Assembly (NCBI GenBank): GCA_012295275.1
Contig: CM022676.1
Span: forward strand, 13,454,001 to 13,518,000
Length of the DNA: 64,000 nt
From: Chrysomallon squamiferum
Taxonomy: Eukaryota; Animalia; Mollusca
Direction of reading: 5' to 3'
Made by a program: the position numbers and the translations under genes. Of the stretch, positions 1 to 10,930 are shown piece by piece (the stretch's first letter is position 1; each line of letters opens with the position of its first letter). Under the pieces are notes generated by a model, which saw only the letters and a program-made list of their open reading frames with translations, was not told the origin of the DNA and made no database searches.

Positions 1-213
1 AGTCAGGACAGAGTGGAACTTGTGTGTGTAACACCACTTTTCTAGGAACACCTGCTGGCACAGTAAGCTGGATAACTCCTGATGGAACTGTCACACACAC
101 ACAAACTCTTGTCTTGAAATCTATTAACAGAAAGTACAACAATCAGAACTACACTTGTCAAGTGAGAAACTACGTGGAGACCAGAAACTTGACATTTACA
201 ACAAAACTAGCAT
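1..213 (+). CDS. Gene A Ig exon, module a (partial)
   Basis: GTCVCNTT...VSW...QNYTCQV; donor T|GTATGT after 213; near-identical to 29205-29468 (-). Confidence 0.88.
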
Positions 214-3200
214 GTATGTTTACAATATCAATGTACGAATTTTAGTAACATTTTTCTTATTTGTCTGTAAATCCTCTGTGATTCACAATTTTTGTAAATT
301 AGTTTTTACTGTTAAAAAATAGTAGTGACACAAACTAAAATTGTTCTTCATAAAATGAATTGTTTGTGAAATTTTGTAATTTTCTAATACAGATTAACTG
401 TTATTATCTACCATTTTATTCTGTCTTTTGTAAGATTAAAGATACAATATATTCTAATGATGTTCCAAATTTTAGTTGGTCCTGACAGAACTGATATAAA
501 TGGAAACCAAGATAATTTTGATGCTGATGGAATCAGAAATTTGACCTTGACCTGTAAAAGTACATCATCAAGTCCCAGTGTGAACTTTACTTGGAGAAAC
601 CTCACTAGTGGTCAGATTCTGATTTCAAATGAACCAATCAGAGAACAAGACGCTGGTGATGGAGGAAAGCTGTTTAGTCAGAATCTGGTTTTGGTTCCAC
701 AGTGGTATCAAGATGGAGATGAAATAGAATGTGAAATACAGAATTCTCAGATACCTGAACAAAACTCAAAAACAAAAACTACACTGAGTTTGATTTGTGA
801 GTAGAATGTAAAATATTATTTATAATAATAGTAATGATGATGAAAATAATAATTAGCAGGCTCTTAATATATACTAGATTTAGATTTGCTAAATTTTTGA
901 TTAACAAGACATATGACATTTATATGTGTAATGTTACTCTTCACTTACAACTGGGCTAAAAAATGGACTAATTAACAGCAATCATTATATTTTTAAAATA
1001 TCTATCAAACGGATCAAAAAGTTATGCAATAATTAAATATCTATCTGTGTATGTCAGATTTATGAAGTAAACTACATCTAAAATTTTATTTATTGTTCCA
1101 TATTTATAGAAAACCATTAATAAATATACTGAAAATGAATCAACATAACTAATAAAAGTTTGATGTTTATTATAACTCAACATAAAATTATTGCATTCAG
1201 AGAAGGATGAAAAAGGATGATGCCAGACTAGAAATTTCCCCAGTTGGAGAAACATGGATGTAGTGTTATTTATCGAGAAAATTTGCCCCTTCTTTGCTAT
1301 ATGATTTAACAGTGACATATATTTCTTTCAACCATTCCGATGAACTGACTAATACATATGAGAGCACAGACTCTTTTCTGAAAATTAAAATGTCATCAGA
1401 GAGAAGACATAGTTATTTATAATAAATCTACGGATTTAAATCCATTCTCTTTTCCATAATACAGTAGTTCAAATGAGTATAATTACTATGATAATTTTTC
1501 TTTCAGCTGCACCTAAGATCATTAACAAAACAGAGAACATTGTGGGAGCTGAGATAGGAAATCCTGTTGTATTACACAAATCTGTGTTTTGTAAACCAAG
1601 TTACACAAATTTTACCTGGAGTAAATTTGATGATCAAACTGATTTTAACAACACTCTACAAATACACAGTAAAACAGTAACAGATTCTGGTTACACATTT
1701 TCTCTCAATATCAGTAATTTTACTCAAGATGACATTGGAACGTACAAACTGACTGTCTGTAATGAAGTTGGATGTTCTCAGTTTTCTGTGAACCTAACTG
1801 CAGCAGGTCCACCTCTTCCTCCTAAAGAGTTCCAACAAGAAAGAGAATCAACATCAGACACAGTGTTCTTGTCCTGGCTACCTAACTACCCAGGTGGTAA
1901 TTTCAAACAAAGATTTATACTGCAGTACAAACCACAAAGTGACTCTAACTGGATTACTGCTTGGCAAAGTGAATGGTTTGATGACTCAATACAAGGACAC
2001 AAAGTACTTTTTAATATCACAGATCTTCAGTCTAAACAAGTTTATAATATTCGACTGTCAGCTCAAAGTAGCAGACTTTCAAATAACACCAGTAAATATG
2101 TTAGACTTGATGTCACAACACAGGGTAAGTAAATTGTATATTGTGAAAACATTTAAAATTAACATAAAGTTAAAATGAAATTGATGATTCAATCACTATC
2201 TAATTATTCCAAAAAATGGAGATCATTTCTTTGTGTGTATTTTTAAAAGGTTTCAGTTTTCAGTTAAAGCTATATTTTTAGAAAGACAAAATGTGGTGCA
2301 TATAAGAATTGTGGATTAATAAAACATAATTAAGAAATCTTTGCATTTGTATTTACAGTTATTGTTTATGATGTTAAATAATTACAATTTTAGAAAAACC
2401 GAGTGGTTCAGGTTCTCTGCTTGGTGCAGCTGTAGGAGGAGCTGTTGGTTCTGTGACTGTCATTGTTGTCATAGTGATACTTGTTCTTTTACTTAGAAGA
2501 CATCTGCCATTTGTTTTCTCAAGTAAAATGGGTAATATACTGTTAAGACTACAACTGACTCAATCTCAGTGTCTGCTCTTGAAAATTTGTCGAACATGCT
2601 GTGAAGTCTACCACTATCATTTTGTTTTTTCAAGAAATGCCATGTGTTAACTCTAGGATGATAATTATCCAAACAAATTTGTTTTCAATTTCTTTTATTA
2701 TTCCTTTTTGTTTTCATCTAATATGTAATACAGATTACTGTCTTTCGTTATTTGTAGATCTATTAGGAGTGTGAAATATTGTTTATTAGTTTCTTAGTAA
2801 AAGAAGAACATTTTTGATTAAGTGATTTTAATAGAATATCCTTTTCTTCATAGATTTATAATAATGAAACAACCTATGCAACTCAAACAATAAGCAGCTT
2901 CTTCTGTTCTTAAAATAAATAATTTCCTTGCTAAAATAGTATTTTATTATCTTTAATTAAAGGTAAGGATGCAGAAAGTGGAAAGTAAGTTAACTTATTA
3001 GCTTCTATTCTGGCTTAATCTTTATTGCTTTGTGTAGTTGTTTCATTCTTTTTCTCTCTTTTTGTTTTTTTCTCAAGTCTTTCAAATACCATTTAAGTCA
3101 TACCTTCGTGTGCATTATTTCTTCATGTTTTTCTTATAACAAGAATATCTACATATGTCATGGTGTGCTTATTACTCCTAAATTCAGATAGAAATCAAGC

Positions 3201-6200
3201 AAATATTTCATTTTGTTTCATTGTGTATGTTTGTGTGTAAACAGCTGATCTTCAGCTTAAATAACTTAAATAACTCTTAATTGTGTTTTACTTGTTTGTG
3301 TTTAAAAGAGGCAAAAAGGAATTACCTTAATTCAGATAGTATTTGTAATTGCTACAATTTATTAGTTTAGAAAAGTTAAATTTAATTTGTTAATTTCTCT
3401 TGTTTTACGTTTTGTTGCTTTATTGGTAGAAGATTAAGAATAGTAAAAAAGAAAAGTTTCATAATTACCATTTTGTTATAAAATTGGCTAAAAAAGTGAT
3501 TTTGATAAATTTTACATAGGAATCCAAAGTATAATGTCATAGTGGTTTAACATTTTTATTGTTTCTACATCTAATTAAGAAGCATACAGCTACTAGACTA
3601 GTTACATACAATTACTAATCTTAAAAAGAGACATCAATATTTTTATAAAAAAGATAAAATAATTTTAAAATGGAATGAATTACTATACTGTTCTTCTTGA
3701 ATCTGCATGTAATAAAATGAATAGTCTAAATGTGATATAGGCAGCTTAATTTATTCATTAGTAATGGGTTTTTTTTTTTTTTTTAAATATATATACATAC
3801 AAAAATAAAATCTATTCCAATCTGCCAGGAATTGTTTCTATTTTAGGCATCCATAAATCTGTTTTTGTTATGCTTGTTTTTAGTATTTTGCCCTGAATTT
3901 TAAAGAATTGTTTGAAAACGTAGCTTTTGATACTGAAATAACTGTCTGGGTTAGCCTTCAGTTTGCCTCTTTAATAAAACTATTTGTATCTTTCCACCAC
4001 TCTGTCTTTTCTGAGACATACACAAATGTATCAGTATGATAAACTCTGATGTTAAATATAATAATAATTGTTTCCACACATAATCCTAAATATACATATT
4101 TGAAGCTAAATTTTAACACTTTTAATTTTTGCTTTTCAGTCCAAGGAATATACCTGCACATGAAATGCCTGGTATGAGTTACTTTTTAATAATCATTTTA
4201 CTCTTTTATTGTTGTTGTTTTTTTATAGTTTATACTTTTCCCATCATGAAATAATATCTTTTCAGTTTAACTAGGGTTTAACTTTTATTATTATTATTTT
4301 ATTAACTTTTTTCATTTCCTTTTTTGTTTGTTTATTGGGTTTTTTCTTTCTTTTTTTCCTTTACCAATGTTACTGTTTTAAATAGTATAACAACAGATAT
4401 GGGAAGAGATGTATATTTGGACTGTATCTGTTTATTTTATTTTATTTTTTTTTATTTTTAAAGAAGAAAGAACAAAAGCGTCAGAAAAAAACATACATTA
4501 AGTTTGTTATTCACTGCTTTGTGATCTTTTACAGTTTTGGAGGACAGTCAATTATATAATCTGTTTAATAACAGTTCCACATCATTAAAACTGCCTGGTA
4601 TGCCTTGTAACAAAACAATATATATATATATATATGTATTTATTTATTTATTTGTTATTTGATTTATATAACATCTATAAAGTAGTTCTAAATTTTATTA
4701 CTACATAACTTATAAAAATAATCTGTCACATTTTTAACCATTTTATTATTAATACTGTTTTATTTTAGTGTTGGAAGATAATGATTTGTATTATACCTCT
4801 AGTAATGATGGTGTAAAGAATGTACAGCTGCCAGGTGACTGATTGCAAATCTTTTCGTCTTTTTCTTTCTATTTAAGAAAAGAAAGTAAAGAGTGTGTTA
4901 TTTCATATCTTAATCAGTTTGAATAATATTTTATATATTAAACTGTCATCTTCAGATGATCTAGTTTTAGAAAAATTTTATTTTCTTTGGTAATATAAAC
5001 ATTTTAAGACTAAATAATTATTTAGAAACAAAATTACAGAATTATAACATGTTATTTTGTCTTTATATGAAAAAACAAATAACTATGGTCATATTAGGCC
5101 AGATACAAATTTAATGGGTTGCAGGATTAATAGTTTATTAAAGCCTTTTACATTCTTTCCTGTTTATGGGAAAGTGAATTTGTAAATTACTTGTTACGCA
5201 GCAATTTCGTCTTTTTTCTATTTCACATTTTGTTTGTTTCATTAAGTTCTAGAGGATAATGTGATCTATCACACAAATAATACTGCAGCTGCAAAGAAGG
5301 TACAAATACCAGGTGAGTGTAATTATATTGCTATTTTACTGCCATTATTAAGTGCTGTTTTAAATCTTGAAAATTAAGTCTTACATGTCAGCCACTCTAA
5401 GGACAATGCCCCACTTTTTAATGACAGAGGATTTTATCAAACCTTATTTAATACAAAAATACTACATTCTGATCACTGAGTATTCACTTGTTAATTTACA
5501 TACTGTCGTTGACTGAACGGCAAGCAAACAGAGTTTGATTGTAACAAATATAATTTTGTGTATCAGCTCTGAACCATCAAAATACTTTCACAATTTTATG
5601 TCATTTAAATAATAACCGAATAGTTGGTTTATATTTTTGAATATCTGATAAAGATGTGAGTGTTGATAACTAAGAGATAAATGAATGCATAAATGTACAT
5701 GTTGTTAAGTAGCTATGCTAGGTAAAAAGTGGCAAAATTTGAATACCAGACTTATTTTTGGTTTTTGACACAAGCATTTAGAAAACATACATAAAAATGT
5801 AATTTATTCTGTGCGATTTTATAGAAACAGATATCAGTTTGAATTATTTGACCTGGGTTGGAGATATTCATGAAATGTGGTAATATAATTTAAACAAATA
5901 AAATAATAATAAAATAAAAAAAATAAAACAACATTTTTTACTATAACAAATGGGCATCATTTCCATTGTTTCAATTCTGTAACATAAATATTAATGATTT
6001 TTCATTTTCGCCACATGCGCCTTTAATTAGAATAATAATAGTAATGCTTTACTATTGTTACTTTTGTTCTACATTTATTTGTTTTAATGATCTAAATTAA
6101 TAGCATTGAAGGATGTACATATATTTTTAGCTTTTAATGATGCCATTTTCAGTTTTCTCTTCTTTTAGTAATGTAATTAATGTAATGAGAATAAAATTTA

Positions 6201-7681
6201 CAATAATAGAAATTGTGTGTGTGCCTGTATGTGTGCTCAACCTGAGTTATGTTCAAGTGGGGAAAATGTGATGGAAAATCCAGAAAGCCAATATTCAGTT
6301 GTTATTAAAGCCACATGTAATCAGAGTGATTACACCGAAAAAAATAAAAAAATAAAATTACTTTGCTATGAATACAGAACACATTTAACTGTAACACATA
6401 AAAGGCAGGTGTTAATTCATTTATTTCACACAATATTTGTTATTTATGCAAAACAACAACAACAACAACACTACAGTAACTTAATAACAAAATGCCATCT
6501 CATTACATGTATGTTTCATATTTGGAATTTAGTATGAAGAATAATTTCTGTAATTTTCTGAGATTATTAGCATCTGAAGAACATATGTGGATCAAAATGT
6601 ATCTCTTGTACTGTAACATGTATGTTGTTCTAAGTGCATGGATTTCAGATATGTAGTCCAAAATTCCCATAAAAGAGTTAAAGTAAAATCACAAATAATA
6701 CTTTAAAAATGCCTTGATATTATAAAGAAAAATTAATAAACGTACTCTATTTCTAATCAATAAATATATATATATTTTATTTAGAAAGTGAAGTTTTACC
6801 AGGAATAAATACAGTTAAATCTTGAACTCAAACTTCCATTTATTAATATCCATACAAGTTTACAAATATTAATATTTTTCAAATTACTTTCTCAATTATA
6901 ATTTCACTTTTAAAATGATTTTTGTTTTTCTTCCTATTGCAGATGATAAAAGACCACTGCATCAGTCTTCAAGGGGTAAATATATTTGAGAATTTATCAT
7001 TTTGAATTTATAAATAACCAATAACAATTAAAAAAAAATTTAAATTTAAAATAAAAGAAAGAAAATCTTATTACTCAATATTGATTAGTGCTATTCTCTT
7101 TCACATTTGCTAAAATGAAATTTTAAAATTGAAATATATTTTCCATTGCAGTTATATAATTTTTTGGGGGATTTATGAAATCAACTCATCAACTGTTGTC
7201 TAAGAAGCAGACATGTCCCTTTATAATTTTTTGTGTTTTAATTCAGGTGATACTTACGAAAATGTTGGAATTGGAAAAGTAGATAATCAATATGCTAATG
7301 CTGCTTACAGTGGAAATGATGATCCTACCTGTGAAAATGTCAAGGTAATTGTATTGAATGTTGTGTTAATGTAATTATATGAAGCCTGCAAAAGACATGG
7401 TATAAAGGAAATAAAAATAGACAAACGATTAATTGAAAAGATACTGTTAATAGCAGGGAGGCATATGTATACTTTTTAAGCTGACAACAGCTCAATTATT
7501 TCAGGGACCAAAGCATGGACGAAATAAAGATGGGTTGCTGTATGTTGGTATAGATTTCTCTAACACACAACCAAGTAAACAAGTTCACAAAACACAGGAC
7601 AAAGTGGAGTACATCTCCATTGACTGGAACAAGAAAGCAGAACCACTTCCTGATAATAAAGAAACTGAACCAAAATATTAA
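1..7681 (+). CDS. Gene A: IgSF (Ig-Ig-Ig-FN3-TM) receptor with ITIM-bearing cytoplasmic tail, 5' end outside window; exons <1-213, 476-796, 1507-2124, 2394-2531, 2963-2984, 4140-4171, 4535-4597, 4769-4834, 5247-5312, 6943-6975, 7247-7344, 7505-7681
   Basis: All listed exons have AG/GT boundaries and join in one continuous frame to TAA at 7679-7681. Ig motifs (C...W...YxC), FN3 motif (LSW...F.LQYK...L....Y..RL.A), hydrophobic TM followed by RR, tail with LLYVGI and VEYISI. Confidence 0.88.
476..796 (+). CDS. Gene A Ig (C2-set-like) exon, module b
   Basis: tttag| acceptor, LTLTC...FTW...DGDEIECE, T|GTGAGT donor; 321 nt, same length as paralogue 28563-28883. Confidence 0.9.
1507..2124 (+). CDS. 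Gene A Ig+FN3 exon, module g
   Basis: tttcag| acceptor, G|GTAAGT donor; Ig (FTW...DIGTYKLTVCNEVG) followed by FN3 (GPPLPP...LSW.P...QRFILQYK). Confidence 0.92.
2394..2531 (+). CDS. Gene A transmembrane exon (TM type 1)
   Basis: EKPSGSGSLLGAAVGGAVGSVTVIVVIVILVLLLRRHLPFVFSSKM; paralogue at 57049-57186 (-). Confidence 0.88.
4535..5312 (+). CDS. Gene A three tandemly duplicated cytoplasmic micro-exons (4535-4597, 4769-4834, 5247-5312), each VLED-x3-Y...P
   Basis: VLEDSQLYNLFNNSSTSLKLP / VLEDNDLYYTSSNDGVKNVQLP / VLEDNVIYHTNNTAAAKKVQIP; all phase 1-1 with AG/GT. Confidence 0.82.
6235..6340 (+). pseudogene. Decayed cytoplasmic exon of gene A containing SQYSVV (ITIM consensus), splice sites lost
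   Basis: AQPE...ENPESQYSVVIK is homologous to the intact exon at 13757-13891 (-), but the acceptor and donor regions are missing here. Confidence 0.7.
7247..7344 (+). CDS. Gene A cytoplasmic exon with YENV / YANA motifs
   Basis: GDTYENVGIGKVDNQYANAAYSGNDDPTCENVK; attcag| and |GTAATT; paralogue 12862-12959 (-). Confidence 0.83.
7505..7681 (+). CDS. Gene A terminal exon with two ITIMs
   Basis: GPKHGRNKDGLLYVGIDFSNTQPSKQVHKTQDKVEYISIDWNKKAEPLPDNKETEPKY*; tttcag| acceptor, phase 0 matches the preceding exon; AATAAA near 7740. Confidence 0.87.
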   Translation, partial: GPKHGRNKDGLLYVGIDFSNTQPSKQVHKTQDKVEYISIDWNKKAEPLPDNKETEPKY

Positions 7682-10681
7682 TGAACAAAATGTTATATTC
7701 ATATGGAACCAAACCCCTATAAAAACTACAACAAAATGAAATAAAAATCCACTATTTTATATATTTGTACTTTTATTTACTTTTCAAAATATCATCAGCT
7801 ATTTAATGTTTGGTATTTTTTCTTTATCTGCCATAAACAAAAGTGTTCATGTATTATACCATACAGAGAAATTTGTAGATAAAATCTGAAGAGATCATTA
7901 GCATTCTTCCAGAATTATAATACAGTGACTATGGAATTCCAAGAAAAGAAATAATGCTTAGCAAGAATTATTAATTTTTGAACAAATATGGACCATGTCT
8001 AAAATGTATTGATTATAATTTTTTAATGCTTTAGTTACAGTTGTGTTCTAATACTGTTTTAGAGCTTTCCTTCATGTATAAACAATTTTAGGGTTGTTAT
8101 TGTGAACTGTGTCACAAAATGATTTCAAACTGGAGAATACTTATTTTAAATTGAAGAAAAAGTACCTCAAAAATGAATTCTTTTTTCCCCTATAAATAAG
8201 AAGTGAACTATTAAGAATGAATAGAGAAATCTTAGTTTTATATTGTTAAGAATAAAATATATTTTATAACTAAAATAAAAATAATTATTTTCTATTTTAT
8301 GTATTTTTTTTAAAATATACAAAATACTTGTATTTCTTGTAAATATATATTTTAATGTGTGTGTGTGTGTCTGTGTGAGTTCCTTAAATGTATGTTTGCA
8401 GAAATATGTGTTAAATGGAATAAGTACATTTTGATACAGGTGTAAATATGTTTCATTAAGAGATCTATAGTTTGAATGTAAGTATGAATATATTCATACA
8501 AAATCTAATTTAAGGTCAGACAAAATCAATTTTGTATAATTTTGTATGCTATTTTATTTTATTTTTAAAACGGAGTTAGAAAACTAGACAATATAAATTC
8601 TGACAAGGATGTTTATCATGTTCATTTAGTATTTTGCTTTTCTCTTCCATACAAAAGATTTTACTTAAATGTATTATTAGAGGCAATCTAATTCAGGCTT
8701 CAAGTATTTGTAGTTTTTATTTCCTTCTTAATTCGGTGTGCCTAAAAGAATTGACACCTGGACAGGATTCTAAAAATGACACATCAATAAACAAATGTAA
8801 ACTTAACAATGTTGCCTGTTTCTCATCCAGATTTTTTGTTACTTTCATATTTTGTGAATTACATTGTGTGTCTAATTGTTGAATAAATTGACTTTGTTTC
8901 ATAACCAATTTATTGATTATTTTACAAAATCTTTACCTATGGTCCTAATATGTACTAATTAACGAAAATTACTGGGATAACATTACAAGTCTAATACCAA
9001 ATTATTTAGAGTTTTTTGTTCTCTTTGATATATAAAATTTAATACATCTGTTTCAATCAGGATAGTTTTATTATTTTCATAGAGCTCACACTGTGGGAAT
9101 ATTGTTAAGTATTTTTAAATATTAGCTGATGATACTGCAAATATTTATTTTTATTCATAATATTAAATTGAGAGTGTAAAGTTAATATTGTTTATTAATT
9201 TTCAATATTAAAAAACAATGAAATAAGTGCTGCTTTTAACAAATCCTGATTTTTGCTATATTGATTTTTGTATCACATTGTATAGTTTTATGGATATTTG
9301 TAAAATGTTAGCATTTGCATTGTTGTATTCGTTTTAATCAATTGCTTCTACTTATTAATATATTTTTATTGTTGTTGTTGTTGTTGTAAATAGACAAAAT
9401 ATTCCATCATAATTTCTTAAACATTCCATGAAATGATTTTCTATTGACAGATTTTATTTTGAGTGTCTGAGATTTTGCATCATTTATAAAGGATAAATAT
9501 TTTATTTAAGAAATATTTCAAAAATTAAATGATGTTTGATATGAGATACGTTTTTCATCATGTTTATTTGGAGTAAGTTGATGGATTCAGTGCTAATGGA
9601 TTTTTATTGTTGGCTGTTTAAGTCAGTATCCAGCTTGTATAAACAAAACTGTTATATTAAATTGCCAACACGTCCGATAGGTATGCATACATTATATTCA
9701 TACATACATATATTATATATACATTATATACATATATACATGCATTATTATACATATATTATATACATATATACATGCATTATATACATACATACGTACA
9801 ATATACAGACATATATACATACATTTATTTGCTATTTATAAATACAAAATGATATCAAATGTTAAATTCTCAAATATAGTTACTACTGGAAGACTGGTGC
9901 AATGATTTTTCATCACCTCAATAGGGGAAGAAACACAACCAAATATTTTAAAAGTAAAATAAATTATAACTGAGAAAGTAATTTGAAAAATATTATTATT
10001 TGTATGGATATTAATAAAGGGATAGTTGTGTTCAAGATTCATCAGAATTCTCTTTCTAACCAAAAATATATGTTTATTAATTAACAAGAGTACAAGTTGT
10101 TTATTAATTTTGCTTTGTATATAAAACACCTTTCAAAGTATTATTTGAGATTTTATTTAAACTTTTTTTAATGTGAATTTTGGTCTGAATGTTTTTAAAC
10201 CATACACTTAAAACAACATTTGACATATTCAAGTACAAAGAGATACATCTGTTAATAATCTCTGAAAATTACAAAATTATTCTTCCTAATAAATCCCAAG
10301 AATGAAATGCAGGACAAGGAATGACCGAATTAGTTTTAAAAAGATGTCAAACTGGAAAACGTTGTCTTTCTGTTAGTAACTTAGGACTGTACCAATATGT
10401 TACATCCTCTACGTCAGACTGATGTGCTTGCTTTCGTGAATCTTTTTTACTTGGTAAATGTAAAACTATCATTCTAAGATGCAGTTTTAATCATAACTGG
10501 TGCATCACTACAATCTTGTATTAGAGAAGTTTTTGTAAAAAAGTAAATTAAAATATCAAAAGAGTCAAAGTTAAACTGTTACAGATGTCTTAATTAAAGG
10601 TATGTCTTATAAAAGATGATATTACATTTCTCACATAAACCTTTTGAATAATTTGAATAAATTGGAGTTAAAATCTTTGAG

Positions 10682-10714
<33 letters not shown>

Positions 10715-10872
10715 TTATTTTTATATTTTATTATTTTTTTTTTGTTTTTTAGGAAAATTAAATTTCACTTTATTGTTTCATGCTATATCATGGTCCATAC
10801 TTCCAAACACTAATCATATCTGTTTTTTTGTATACAAAATAAACTAATAAAAACGTAACAATTGTATAGTCT

Positions 10873-10930
<58 letters not shown>

